Source: an uncultured Candidatus Saccharibacteria bacterium
GTDB lineage: Bacteria; Patescibacteriota; WWE3; 2-01-FULL-39-13; JAACPI01
NCBI GenBank assembly: GCA_964435455.1
Contig: CAYSYH010000001.1
Span: forward strand, 1 to 52,644
Direction of reading: 5' to 3'
DNA length: 52,644 nt
This document shows, piece after piece, positions 35,505 to 45,540 of the stretch. Both the position numbers and the translations under genes were made by a program. Under the pieces are notes generated by a model, which saw only the letters and a list, made by a program, of their open reading frames with translations, was not told the DNA's origin and did not search any database. Positions within the stretch are counted from its first letter, which is position 1. The number at the start of each line of letters is the position of its first letter.

Positions 35505-35581
35505 TGGTGAGTCCGAGAGGATTTGAACCTCTGGCCTCCGCAATGTCACTGCGGCGCTCTAACCAACTGAGCTACGGACTC
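35505..35581 (-). tRNA. tRNA-Val (anticodon GAC), encoded CCA
   Basis: GAGTCCG TA GCTC AGTTGGTTA GAGC G CCGCA GTGACAT TGCGG AGGCC AGAGG TTCAAAT CCTCT CGGACTC A CCA. Confidence 0.9.
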
Positions 35582-35662
35582 TTAGAATATATTTACACAA
35601 AACATTATATCATTTACTTTTTTATTTCAAGTATGTTTTTAGTTTGATATTATGTAATATAA

Positions 35663-36781
35663 ATGAAAAAAATAATTATTTTGACTGCCAAAACAGGTGG
35701 TGGGCATTTGTCGTTAACTCAATCTGTAATTAATTCCTTAAACAAGTACTTTCCTAATAAATATAAAATAATAACACATTTTCCTAATCCCTTAAATTTT
35801 GCTTATATTCACAATAATATTTTTACAGGTAATTTACCCATAATTTGGAACATTATTTGGGTTTTGACCAATAACTCTTTAGGTTATTACTTAATTTCTA
35901 TATTTTACCCTAGTAAAAAACTAAAAAGATTTTTAAAAACTCAAAATCCGTATTTAGTTATTAGCAATAACCCTATTGTTATAGGATCACTAGTAAGAAT
36001 CAAAAAAAAGTTAAATCTGAAGTTTAAAATAGTTGTCCACATAGCTGACCCTTTTGCTATACATAAAGCCTGGTATGGAGCAAAAAATAATGTTTATTAT
36101 TTGTGCCCTACAAATACCGCAAAAAAAATTTTAATAAAAAATGGTATAAATAAAAAAAATATATTTTTTACTGGTTGGTCTATAAGAGAACCTTTTTTTA
36201 AAGATGCTGCAAATTTTAAAAACATTAAAAAATTGCATCATATAAAAAACAAAAGTTTTTTAATTTTTTTAAGTGCTTCTTCTGGTAAAAAAAGTGTTTA
36301 TTTAAATTTTATAAATAATTTTATAAAACATAAATTATATAAAAAAAGCCATTTAATTATAAATTGTGGAAATAACTTCAATTATATTAAAGCTATAAAA
36401 AATAAGATTAAACAGTATAAAAATAGAATCATTTTAATACCTTACATAAAAAATATGGAAGATTATATATATAATTCAAATTTAATAATAGGAAAGGCGG
36501 GTCCTAACTTTTTGTTTGAGGTTCTTTATTTAAATAAGCCTTTAATTTTAATAAGTTATGTTCCTGGTCAAGAAAAGGCAAATGTAGATTTTGCTATAAA
36601 AAATAAATTTGCTTGGTATGCACCTAAACCCAAGCAATATTTACCCATAATAAAAAGTTTAATTAATAATAAAAAAACCTTTTATTTAAATTTTAGAAAG
36701 TTAGAAAAATTTACAATTAAGCACAAAAGTACTAACAAAAAAGTGGCTTGTGCTATAAATAAAATTGTTGGTACAATTTAA
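35663..36781 (+). CDS. GT28-family glycosyltransferase (MGDG synthase/UgtP-like)
   Basis: N-terminal [20 protein letters not shown] is typical of the MGDG-synthase/MurG-like fold. C-terminal [10 protein letters not shown] nucleotide-sugar region. Confidence 0.65.
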   Translation: MKKIIILTAKTGGGHLSLTQSVINSLNKYFPNKYKIITHFPNPLNFAYIHNNIFTGNLPIIWNIIWVLTNNSLGYYLISIFYPSKKLKRFLKTQNPYLVISNNPIVIGSLVRIKKKLNLKFKIVVHIADPFAIHKAWYGAKNNVYYLCPTNTAKKILIKNGINKKNIFFTGWSIREPFFKDAANFKNIKKLHHIKNKSFLIFLSASSGKKSVYLNFINNFIKHKLYKKSHLIINCGNNFNYIKAIKNKIKQYKNRIILIPYIKNMEDYIYNSNLIIGKAGPNFLFEVLYLNKPLILISYVPGQEKANVDFAIKNKFAWYAPKPKQYLPIIKSLINNKKTFYLNFRKLEKFTIKHKSTNKKVACAINKIVGTI

Positions 36782-37401
36782 CTAATTATAGAATCTACTA
36801 TTCCGTAGTTTACAGCCTCTTTTCCGTGTAACCAAAAATCTCTATCTATATCCTTTCTTATTTTCGCCTCTTTTTGTTTTGTGTTTTTAACCAAAATATT
36901 TACAAGCATATCTCTTGATCTTACAAGTTCTCTGGTAGTTATTTCTAAATCGGTAGCTTGCGTTCTTGGCAGACCACTTATTAATGGTTGATGTAACATT
37001 ACTTCCGAATGCTCTAATATGTGCCTTTTGCCTTTTGCGCCGCCCGAAAGTAATATTGCCCCCATACTAGCTGCTACACCTACACAAATTGTAGATACGT
37101 CTGGCTTTATAAGTTGCATAGTATCGTAAATGGCCATTCCTGCACTTATAGATCCACCGGGGCTGTTTATATATAAGCTAATATCTTTTTTGCTATCTTC
37201 ACTTTGTAAAAACAACAATTGAGCTACTATAGTATTTGCTGTTGGTGCATCTATAGCTCCGGTTAAAAATATAATCCTATCTTTTAATAATCTGCTATAA
37301 ATGTCGTAACTTCTCTCTCCCCTGTCTGTTTTTTCTATAACATAAGGGATTAATTGGTTGCTTTTATTGTTATTAAATTTATTTTTATTTTTTGTATTCA
37401 T
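36778..37401 (-). CDS. clpP: ATP-dependent Clp protease proteolytic subunit
   Basis: Ser-His-Asp triad context ([19 protein letters not shown]) and [18 protein letters not shown]. The ATG at 37401 (1 nt after the tig stop) is preferred over the GTG at 37416. Confidence 0.9.
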   Translation of the reverse strand: MNTKNKNKFNNNKSNQLIPYVIEKTDRGERSYDIYSRLLKDRIIFLTGAIDAPTANTIVAQLLFLQSEDSKKDISLYINSPGGSISAGMAIYDTMQLIKPDVSTICVGVAASMGAILLSGGAKGKRHILEHSEVMLHQPLISGLPRTQATDLEITTRELVRSRDMLVNILVKNTKQKEAKIRKDIDRDFWLHGKEAVNYGIVDSIIS

Positions 37402-37402
37402 A

Positions 37403-38356
37403 TTATTTTTTAACACTTTTTTTTGTATTTTGTTTATTAAACCCGCTATAGTCTAAAAGTTTGTTTGCCACTTTATTTTTTAGTAAGGTACTTTCAATAT
37501 AATACTTTTGTTCTGGTTTTTGCAAGTGTTTTTTATAGTTTTCATCAGGTACCGCTTTTATTACATCTTGTATTTCTTTGTCAGTAACTTTTAATTTTTC
37601 TTTTTTACTTATTTCACTAAGTATAAACTCTAACTTTAAATTTTTAATTGCCTGTTGTTTATAATCTTCCTGTACTTTTTGTATAGTTGTTTTAGTGTGC
37701 GCTAAAAAATCTTCTAGCTTAATATTCATTTTAGCCAGTTGTGTTAAAAAACCTTGTAAAAGTCGGTTAGTTTCCTCATTTACCATAATATCTGGTAATT
37801 CTATTTTAGATTCTTTTATAATTGCGTCGTAAATGTTTGCAAGTAGCCTTTGGTCTTTTGGCTGATGCTGGTTTAAATCTTTAGGGTTTTCTTTTGCTTT
37901 TTGTTCTGCCTCTTTTATATTTTTTGCTGTAATAATTGATTTTGCTTTTTCATCTTTTTCAAAATTTTTATAAGATTTTTTTGCTATTTTTTTATAATCA
38001 GGTAATTTTACATTTGGTCTTTCTACAAAAATAAAAGTAATTTTTAGCCCCTTTTCTTCTGAAATATAGTCTATTTTTAATTTTGGCTGCATTACAGGGA
38101 CAATTTTAAATTCTTTTATAATTTGTTGTACTAAATCTGGATATAAATGGTTTAAAACTACGTTATCTAGCTTTTTTTTATCTACCTTAGTTTTTAATAC
38201 CTCTTTAGGAACTTTACCCTTTCTAAATCCTGGTACATCAACACTGTCCTTAAAGTGTTCTAAAGCATGGTCATACAATGGCTTTAATTTGGTTGAGTCC
38301 ATTGTTACTATAACATGTTTTTCTTTTTTTGGCTTTTTAATTAGTTCTTTTTTCAT
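37403..38356 (-). CDS. tig: Trigger factor lacking the FKBP/PPIase domain
   Basis: N-domain with the ribosome-docking signature PGFRKGKVP and a C-terminal arm domain. At 317 aa, a Lys-rich linker sits where the PPIase domain normally is. Confidence 0.8.
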   Translation of the reverse strand: MKKELIKKPKKEKHVIVTMDSTKLKPLYDHALEHFKDSVDVPGFRKGKVPKEVLKTKVDKKKLDNVVLNHLYPDLVQQIIKEFKIVPVMQPKLKIDYISEEKGLKITFIFVERPNVKLPDYKKIAKKSYKNFEKDEKAKSIITAKNIKEAEQKAKENPKDLNQHQPKDQRLLANIYDAIIKESKIELPDIMVNEETNRLLQGFLTQLAKMNIKLEDFLAHTKTTIQKVQEDYKQQAIKNLKLEFILSEISKKEKLKVTDKEIQDVIKAVPDENYKKHLQKPEQKYYIESTLLKNKVANKLLDYSGFNKQNTKKSVKK

Positions 38357-38434
38357 TTTAGTTTAAAATTTAATGCAGTAATTATACCATAGCTTAAAAA
38401 AACTCTTGAAATGTTACTTATATTTGCTTAAATA

Positions 38435-38776
38435 TTGATATATATTAAAGTACTAATTTACTTTAGTTACTTATGGAATCAATTAATTCTAAATTATGCA
38501 GCAGAAAGGATTATTTCAGATTTATTAAAGTTTAGTTTATTTATAGCTTTAGCTTTTGGATTAGGTGGGTGTAATGGGGTTAATTTAGGTGACATCCCCA
38601 AAGGTTATAGGTATAGGGTGGAGGAGTGTTATAATGGAATCTCCCCTAATGGTAGAGATGCATTGGTTGCTGCATTAGTTGTTGCTCAAGGTGAAGATAC
38701 CCCAGGAGGGGAAGAAATTACTCCAATTGAGGCGAAAAATGCAATGCTAGCCGTTGGTTGTGAAAGAAATTATTGA
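38435..38776 (+). CDS. Small putative lipoprotein (start uncertain)
   Basis: Lipobox-like FGLGGC after a hydrophobic stretch (FSLFIALAFGLGGC). The mature part is ~67 aa with two further Cys. The only in-frame canonical start is a distant TTG at 38435. Stop is TGA. Confidence 0.45.
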   Translation: MIYIKVLIYFSYLWNQLILNYAAERIISDLLKFSLFIALAFGLGGCNGVNLGDIPKGYRYRVEECYNGISPNGRDALVAALVVAQGEDTPGGEEITPIEAKNAMLAVGCERNY

Positions 38777-38878
38777 CATAATTCAAAATAAATGATACTT
38801 TTAATTGGTTTTGTAAGCTACAAATAACGTAGTTTATAGCTTAAGAACCCCTAAAATTTACACAAAATATATTAAGTA

Positions 38879-39730
38879 ATGGAAAACTTACATTCTAAAA
38901 TTAATAAAACATTTATATCTATAGTGGATAAAAATTATATATATATTTATGTAAGCCCTACGTACATAACCGAAAAAGGCTACAAAACCGAAGAAATTAT
39001 TGGTTCTAGTTTAAAAGATAACTGGAGTTTAAAAACCTTTTCTACAAAAATTAAACCCAATATAGATGCTGCTTTTAAGGGGGTGCCCCAAGAATTTAAA
39101 GGCTGGTTTGATTTTAGTACAGTAAATAAAAAATATTATAGAGTACGGTACATACCTTTATTAAATAAAAAAGGAGTTACTGATAAAGTTATCATAATTA
39201 CTACCGACTTAACCCACAGCAAAGAAATTCAAAGTTCCTTATATGATGAATTGCATAAAGATTTTTTAACCGGGTGTTTTAACAAAAAAACATTTGAGAG
39301 AGACGTTAAAGATATAGTTCAAAAAAAGGAACCGTTTCAAATAGTTTACCTAGATTTAGATAACTTTAAAAAAATAAATGATACTTTTGGGCACGATGCA
39401 GGGGACGTAGTTTTACAAAATATAGTAGAGCTAATAAAAAAACATATACGTTCTAGAGACCGCCTTTACCGTATAGGCGGAGATGAGTTTGCCTTAATAG
39501 TAGGAAATAGCTTAAAAGAGAACATATTAAAAAGGAGAATGCAAGATATATTAGATGACTTAAAAAGCGCACCTTTTAATAGAGGGTATAAAGTAGGCCT
39601 TTCTATAGGTATTGTAGATATCTCTAAAAAATTAAATATTGATTTGCTTACTTTAAAAGATATTGCCGATAAGCTTTTATATAGTTCTAAAAAATCGGGT
39701 AAAAATTGCTACACATATAAAAAGATTTAA
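38879..39730 (+). CDS. PAS-GGDEF diguanylate cyclase
   Basis: N-terminal PAS-like ~110 aa. GGDEF domain with LDLDNFKKINDTFGHDAGD, an active site RIGGDEF, and an RSRD I-site 5 residues upstream. Confidence 0.85.
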   Translation: MENLHSKINKTFISIVDKNYIYIYVSPTYITEKGYKTEEIIGSSLKDNWSLKTFSTKIKPNIDAAFKGVPQEFKGWFDFSTVNKKYYRVRYIPLLNKKGVTDKVIIITTDLTHSKEIQSSLYDELHKDFLTGCFNKKTFERDVKDIVQKKEPFQIVYLDLDNFKKINDTFGHDAGDVVLQNIVELIKKHIRSRDRLYRIGGDEFALIVGNSLKENILKRRMQDILDDLKSAPFNRGYKVGLSIGIVDISKKLNIDLLTLKDIADKLLYSSKKSGKNCYTYKKI

Positions 39731-39734
39731 TTAA

Positions 39735-40916
39735 TTATTCGTACCTTAGCGCCTCTATTGGGTCTTTTTTTGCTGCTTTTAAAGCTGGTGCAGTACCAAA
39801 AACAATACCCACTAAAATGGAAAACCCCAAAGCTAAAATAATTGCCCACCATGGAACTTGCGTATGTATATATGCTCTAGGTATTAATGATGCTGCCCAA
39901 CCTAAAAATAAACCTATTAACCCACCTAAAGAGCTAATAAGTATAGATTCTGTTAAAAATTGCAAAGCAATATCTAAAGGTGTAGCCCCTACTGCTTTGC
40001 GCAGCCCTATCTCGCGGGTTCGTTCTGTAACCGATACATACATAATATTCATTATTCCAATTCCGCCTACTAACAATGATATCCCTGCAATAGCACCCAA
40101 AGTTATAGTTAATATTTTAAGTATATTCTGTATCTTTTTTAAAATATCACTCTGCGATAAAACAGTAAATTCATCTTTTTTTAACTCCCTTTGTAATGCT
40201 TTAGCTATAACTTTTTGTGCAACTAAAAAATCTACATTTTTTTTAACTTTAATTGTAATACCTGATATATTTTTTAAGTCAAATACATCTAAAGCCGTGG
40301 AATAAGGTATTAATACACTATTATCATAATTTTGCCCTTTTTCCTCAAATACTCCTATTACTGTAAATTTTTTACCTCCTAAAATTACTTTTTTACCTAT
40401 GGGTGTAGTATTATAAAAAAGTTCTTGTGTGGCTTTAGGCCCTAATATTATTACCCTACGCCTATTTTTTACCTCATTTTTTGTAAATGCCCTACCCTTT
40501 TTAATATTGTAGTTAAATATTTGTATACCATCAGAGTTTAGCCCGTTAATACTGGCATAATAAGTTTTATTTTTATACCTTAAATTTTCACCCAAGCTAA
40601 CCCACGGTGTTATTGTTGCAACATAATCTTTTGCATATGTTTGGATAGTTTTTATGTGCTTTGCTTTTAACTTATTTTTAGTATATGTTTCTGCGGGGTC
40701 CCTTCCAAAACTTACCTTTCCCGGGCTTACAAATACTAAATTGCTCCCTAATTGCTCAAATTGTTCTTGTATATAATTTTGTAAACCTTTACCTAATGCC
40801 ACAAGTGTAATTACAGCAAAAACCCCAATAATAACCCCCAAAGTAGTCAAAAAGAGTCTTAGTTTGTTACGCATTAAAGATTTTATAGATACTTCAAATA
40901 AAATAGTTTTATTCAT
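39735..40916 (-). CDS. MacB/FtsX-family ABC transporter permease
   Basis: N-terminal TM, a large extracytoplasmic domain, and a C-terminal FtsX 3-TM bundle (REIGLRKAVGATP). Confidence 0.85.
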   Translation of the reverse strand: MNKTILFEVSIKSLMRNKLRLFLTTLGVIIGVFAVITLVALGKGLQNYIQEQFEQLGSNLVFVSPGKVSFGRDPAETYTKNKLKAKHIKTIQTYAKDYVATITPWVSLGENLRYKNKTYYASINGLNSDGIQIFNYNIKKGRAFTKNEVKNRRRVIILGPKATQELFYNTTPIGKKVILGGKKFTVIGVFEEKGQNYDNSVLIPYSTALDVFDLKNISGITIKVKKNVDFLVAQKVIAKALQRELKKDEFTVLSQSDILKKIQNILKILTITLGAIAGISLLVGGIGIMNIMYVSVTERTREIGLRKAVGATPLDIALQFLTESILISSLGGLIGLFLGWAASLIPRAYIHTQVPWWAIILALGFSILVGIVFGTAPALKAAKKDPIEALRYE

Positions 40917-41592
40917 TTATAATTTTTCCATCTAAAATTGTTATTTTTCTTTTTGCAATATTTGCTAAATCGTTATCGTGTGTGACCAAAATAATTGTTT
41001 TTCCCATTTTATGTAAGTTTTTAAACAACTTTATAATTTGCTTACCTGTTTTGGTGTCTAAGTTTCCTGTAGGTTCGTCTGCAAGTATTATACTAGGGTT
41101 ATTAACCAAAGCTCTTGCTATAGCCACCCTTTGTTTTTGTCCACCTGATAATTCATTAGATTTATTGTTTATTCTAGATTCTAACCCAACAATTTTTAGC
41201 TTTTCTAAAGCCCTAAGCTTCCAATCTTTTTTTGGTATATCCGAATACATTAAAGGTAATATTACATTTTCTAAGGCTGTTGCCCTTTCTAAAAGGTTAA
41301 AAGACTGAAATACAAAACCTACCTCCTTATTACGTATTTTAGCCAATTTAGATTCTGTAAAATAGCTAATATCTTTACCTTTTAAATAAATTTTCCCTTT
41401 TGTTGGCGTATCTAAAAATCCAAGTAAATGCATTAATGTAGACTTTCCTGAACCAGATTTACCTACGATAGAAACAAACTCTCCTTGATAAATTTTTATG
41501 GATACACCTTTTAAAGCTTTAATAGTTAGCTTTTCTGCAAGGTTATATATTTTATAAATATTTTTTGCGTAAATTAGGGGCTTTTTATTCAT
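40909..41592 (-). CDS. ABC transporter ATP-binding protein (MacB/LolD type)
   Basis: Walker A GKSGSGKST, signature LSGGQKQRVAIARAL, Walker B ILADEPTGNLD. Confidence 0.9.
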   Translation of the reverse strand: MNKKPLIYAKNIYKIYNLAEKLTIKALKGVSIKIYQGEFVSIVGKSGSGKSTLMHLLGFLDTPTKGKIYLKGKDISYFTESKLAKIRNKEVGFVFQSFNLLERATALENVILPLMYSDIPKKDWKLRALEKLKIVGLESRINNKSNELSGGQKQRVAIARALVNNPSIILADEPTGNLDTKTGKQIIKLFKNLHKMGKTIILVTHDNDLANIAKRKITILDGKIINE

Positions 41593-42634
41593 TATTAACT
41601 ATCTTAACCCTTAAACCTTCTTTTAAGGTTTTTTTTGTATCTAAAGGTTCCACAATTTTTAAACCTTTTAAATCTTGCTTAAGGGCTACATATAAATTTC
41701 CCTCATAAACTATGTCCACTGGGAATTTTTTTACTTTTTGATTTTGTACTATCCAAATATATGAATTTCCTGCTTCATCGGTAAAAACTTGATCAAACCT
41801 TAAAGCATTTTTTGCTTTAAACTGGTCAACTTTAATTTCAGCTTCTCCAGACATTCCATAAAGTAACTCATTGTGATTTTTATTAAATTGCAAATGGACT
41901 TCTGCAGTTTTAGAATCTTTATTTATAAAATTTGATATATAAAAAACCTTTGCATTGTAATTTTTATTAGGTACTGCATCTAAAGTAATTAATGCGTCAT
42001 CCTGCATTTTTAAATATCCTAGGTCTTCTTCGTCAATTAAGGCATTAAAAAATAAGTCCCCCGACCCCTGTAAAAGTAAAATAGGCTCCCCTGTGTTTAT
42101 AGATTCCCCTTGTTTTTTATAAACTTTTAAAATCGTCCCGCTATTAGGTGCAAAAATAGAATAATTGTTTAAATCAGCGGAGCTTGCTAAGTAATCTAGT
42201 TTGGCTTTTTCTATTTTTTTGTCGTATTCTTTTAAGTTAAGTTCGTACCTTTCCCTTCCGCCTGCTCCTTCTAAATTATTTTGATATGTTTCTATATATA
42301 TTTTTTTTTGTAATGCTATTTGATCGATGGTTTTTTTTAAAGCTTGTATTTTGTTGTATAACGAATAAGAATTTAAATAAGCAAGTGGTTGTCCTTTTTT
42401 TACTTTATCTCCCTCTTTAACTAATATATTTTTTAAAGTCCCCGAGGTTGTAAACGATAATTTTAATGTATTGTTTTTATCTAAAAAACCGGTGGCGTTT
42501 ATTGTTTTTTCTAGCGTTTTTTCTTTAGGGTTAATTAACTTTACCTTAACGCTTTTGCGGTATCCTTTGGTAAAAAACAAAACTGTAGCAATACTTACAG
42601 TTAATCCTAAAACAATAAATATTTTTTTCTTCAT
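41585..42634 (-). CDS. HlyD/MacA-family efflux adaptor protein
   Basis: N-terminal anchor, lipoyl-like half motifs (VKEGDKVKKGQPLA ... APNSGTI), a coiled-coil hairpin and a beta-barrel C-terminus. Confidence 0.75.
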   Translation of the reverse strand: MKKKIFIVLGLTVSIATVLFFTKGYRKSVKVKLINPKEKTLEKTINATGFLDKNNTLKLSFTTSGTLKNILVKEGDKVKKGQPLAYLNSYSLYNKIQALKKTIDQIALQKKIYIETYQNNLEGAGGRERYELNLKEYDKKIEKAKLDYLASSADLNNYSIFAPNSGTILKVYKKQGESINTGEPILLLQGSGDLFFNALIDEEDLGYLKMQDDALITLDAVPNKNYNAKVFYISNFINKDSKTAEVHLQFNKNHNELLYGMSGEAEIKVDQFKAKNALRFDQVFTDEAGNSYIWIVQNQKVKKFPVDIVYEGNLYVALKQDLKGLKIVEPLDTKKTLKEGLRVKIVNNE

Positions 42635-42667
42635 ATGGGGTTATTTTACTACTTTTTTAAACTTTAA

Positions 42668-43708
42668 TTAAGACATTAAAGCTCCTATTTGTAGTATATG
42701 TTTTAATAACATGTTTACATATCCCCATTCGTTATCGTACCAAACAAGTAGTTTACATAAGGTATTATTAATAACCTTAGTCATACTTAAATCTACAACG
42801 GCTCCATTTGGGTTTTTTAATATATCTGTGGATACTATAGGGTCTTGCGTTACACCTAAAATACCCTTCCACTCTTTTTTTTGGCTATATTCTTTAAAAA
42901 TGTTATTTAGTTCTTCTTTAGATGTAGGCTTTTTAGATACAAAAGTATAATCTAAAATACTCCCCGATACTACAGGAACCCTAATAGCCATAGCGTCCAT
43001 ATTGCCTGCTAAACTTGGAAAAACTTTAGTTACAGATATAGCCGCGCCACTTGTTGTTGGTATTAAATTTTGAGCTGCTGCTCTGCCTCTTCTAAAATCT
43101 TTTGTATTAGGCTTATCTACTAAAGATTGTGTGGAGGTATACCCATGAACAGTATTTAATAAGGCACATTTAACTCCAACTGTAAGCTCTAAAACAGATG
43201 TAACTGGTGTAGCTGCATTAGTTGTGCAGGAACCATTGCTAGTTATTTTAGAATCAGCTACATGGCTTATTTTGTTATTTGGTGTTGCTGTAGGTGTTTG
43301 TTCATCTTTAGCGGGCGCGCTAATTACTACTCTTTTTGCCCCCGCTTGCAAGTGCGCCGAAGCTTTTTTGTAAGTAGTAAAAAAACCTGTAGATTCTACT
43401 ACTACATCAATATTTAAGTCCTTCCATGGTAAATCTTGTGGTTTAGGATTGCTATAAAATTTTACTTTAGTGCCATCTATTAAAAAATTCTCATCTTTAA
43501 CTTTTACTTGTTTTTTATATCTACCATAAACAGTATCATATTTTAAAAGGTATGCTAAAGCATTTATATCTTGCAAATCGTTGATAGCTATAATTTGTAT
43601 ATTAGGGTTATCAAAAGCAACTTTAAAAAATTGCCTGCCTATTCTACCAAAACCATTAATAGCAATTTTTAAAGGAGTTGATTGTGACAAAGACGTTATA
43701 GAACTCAT
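42668..43708 (-). CDS. gap: Glyceraldehyde-3-phosphate dehydrogenase
   Basis: INGFGRIGR NAD motif, active site SNGSCTTNA, WYDNEWGY near the C-terminus. The ATG at 43708 is preferred over the TTG at 43714. Confidence 0.9.
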   Translation of the reverse strand: MSSITSLSQSTPLKIAINGFGRIGRQFFKVAFDNPNIQIIAINDLQDINALAYLLKYDTVYGRYKKQVKVKDENFLIDGTKVKFYSNPKPQDLPWKDLNIDVVVESTGFFTTYKKASAHLQAGAKRVVISAPAKDEQTPTATPNNKISHVADSKITSNGSCTTNAATPVTSVLELTVGVKCALLNTVHGYTSTQSLVDKPNTKDFRRGRAAAQNLIPTTSGAAISVTKVFPSLAGNMDAMAIRVPVVSGSILDYTFVSKKPTSKEELNNIFKEYSQKKEWKGILGVTQDPIVSTDILKNPNGAVVDLSMTKVINNTLCKLLVWYDNEWGYVNMLLKHILQIGALMS

Positions 43709-43839
43709 GGGCAAGTTAGGATTAATTAAATACTAAAAGTATTATAATAAAAATATACCTAAAATCATAGCTTTTTGTTAAATGAATAATTGACATAACT
43801 ATATATGTGTGTTACCCTTTTAAGGTTTTTTTAAATTTT

Positions 43840-44298
43840 ATGGGAAAAAAATTACATTACAACAAATTATTAGAACTAGTTAAAAGCTTAGGTATGCCCA
43901 AAGACGATTTTGCTGTATTTGGAAGTGGCCCAATGTTTCCACATGGCTTAAAGCAAATAGATAGAGATATAGATATAATTGCAAGAGGAAAAGCTTGGTA
44001 TATTGCCGCTAAGTTTAAAAGACCTGTACCAGATAATCATAATATGTATTTAAAAGTTTCTTACTTTCAAGAGCATGTTGAAATATTTAGTGGTTGGGCC
44101 CCAGGGCTTTGGCATACCGATAGTTTAATTGATTCTGCGGAAGTGTATGATGGAATACGTTTTGTTCGCTTAGAAAAGGTTTTACTATATAAAAAAATGC
44201 TAAATAGAAAAAAAGACTTGGTCCATATTGCGTTAATAGAAAAATATTTAGGTCCTCCATTTATAACTTATAACAGTAAGGGTTTTTCCTTTAGTTAA
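43840..44298 (+). CDS. Polymerase-beta-superfamily nucleotidyltransferase-fold protein (paralog of 45541-46050)
   Basis: FGSGPM-x13-DIDII (a G-S ... D-x-D pattern) followed by VEIF. The ATG at 43840 is preferred over the GTG at 43807. Confidence 0.55.
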   Translation: MGKKLHYNKLLELVKSLGMPKDDFAVFGSGPMFPHGLKQIDRDIDIIARGKAWYIAAKFKRPVPDNHNMYLKVSYFQEHVEIFSGWAPGLWHTDSLIDSAEVYDGIRFVRLEKVLLYKKMLNRKKDLVHIALIEKYLGPPFITYNSKGFSFS

Positions 44299-44510
44299 AG
44301 CTCTTTTGTAATTATTGGGTTTATTGTTTCTTTGCTTTTTTTACTTTTTTTTACTTCTTTTATTTCTATATAATTTTTATAGTATTTTATCCAAGAATTA
44401 ATCAGTATAGAAAAAATAAGATTTTTGTTAAAAAATTCAAATATTTTTGGCAATCTCCTTTTTATAAAATAAAATAACTTACCTAAATAATAACTTTTAC
44501 TTTTGCTCAT
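44295..44510 (-). CDS. Hypothetical Lys-rich 71-aa ORF downstream of dus
   Basis: The ATG overlaps the dus 3' end by 14 nt. Low-complexity sequence, and coding status is uncertain. Confidence 0.25.
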   Translation of the reverse strand: MSKSKSYYLGKLFYFIKRRLPKIFEFFNKNLIFSILINSWIKYYKNYIEIKEVKKSKKSKETINPIITKEL

Positions 44511-45474
44511 ATTGTTTTTTTAATATTCTTATTTTATTGTGTAATTTATTATAATCGTTAATTTGCATTAAATTCTGCCTAATAGAGCTTGCTTGTTTAA
44601 ACCCTTTTATATAAATTTTAAAATATTTTCTTATTGGGTAAATGGGCGCTTTGTTTCCTTTATATTTTAAATATAATTTTAAATGATACTCTAAAAATTC
44701 TAACTTTTCATAAATATTTAAATCATCAAAATTTTTGTTTTTATTAAAAATAAATAAATTTTTAAATATACCTCGGCCTACCATTATTCCCTCACATTTA
44801 TATTTTTTTGCATAAGTTTTAATTTTTTCAGTACTATCAATGTCCCCGTTACCAATTATTACAGTTTTTACTTTTAAGCTGTTGCGTATTTCAACCGCTT
44901 TTTTAATTGATTCCCATTTAGCCGGAACTTTAGATAACTCTTTAACGGTTCTTGCATGCAATGTTAATGCGCTTATGTTGTGCTTTAACAAAAATGGAAC
45001 CCATTCAACAGTTTGATCTTTATTAAAGCCTATTCTAGTTTTTACACTCACACTTATTTTATTTTTGCTAGCATCCTTAACTGCTTTTATTATTTGGCTA
45101 GCTAATTTATGGTTATTTATTAATGCCGAACAAGCGCCCTTTTTAATTACACTCTTAATGGGACACCCCATATTTATATCTACGCCATCAAAACCCCTTT
45201 TAATTATATCTTTTGTAGCTTCGTAATAGTTTTGAGGTGTTAAGCCCCATATTTGTGCTATTATAGGCTTTTCTTTTTTTTCAAACTTTAGCCTTTTTGA
45301 TACAGCTTTATACCCATTTTTAGATTTTAAGCCCTCTACATTTGTAAATTCGGTAAAAAATACATCGGGTCTGCCTGCCTTATATACAACCTGCCTAAAT
45401 GCAATATCTGTAACATCCTCCATAGGTGCTAAAACACTAAAGGGTTTTTTAAGATTAAACCAAAAATCTTTCAT
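44497..45474 (-). CDS. dus: tRNA-dihydrouridine synthase
   Basis: LAPMEDVTDIAFR, DINMGCP (catalytic Cys) and LHARTV TIM-barrel motifs. Confidence 0.9.
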   Translation of the reverse strand: MKDFWFNLKKPFSVLAPMEDVTDIAFRQVVYKAGRPDVFFTEFTNVEGLKSKNGYKAVSKRLKFEKKEKPIIAQIWGLTPQNYYEATKDIIKRGFDGVDINMGCPIKSVIKKGACSALINNHKLASQIIKAVKDASKNKISVSVKTRIGFNKDQTVEWVPFLLKHNISALTLHARTVKELSKVPAKWESIKKAVEIRNSLKVKTVIIGNGDIDSTEKIKTYAKKYKCEGIMVGRGIFKNLFIFNKNKNFDDLNIYEKLEFLEYHLKLYLKYKGNKAPIYPIRKYFKIYIKGFKQASSIRQNLMQINDYNKLHNKIRILKKQYEQK

Positions 45475-45540
45475 AAAAAAATTATAGCATAATTATCTAT
45501 TGCCAAATTTACTGGTACAAATATAATGTAATTATAGGTT

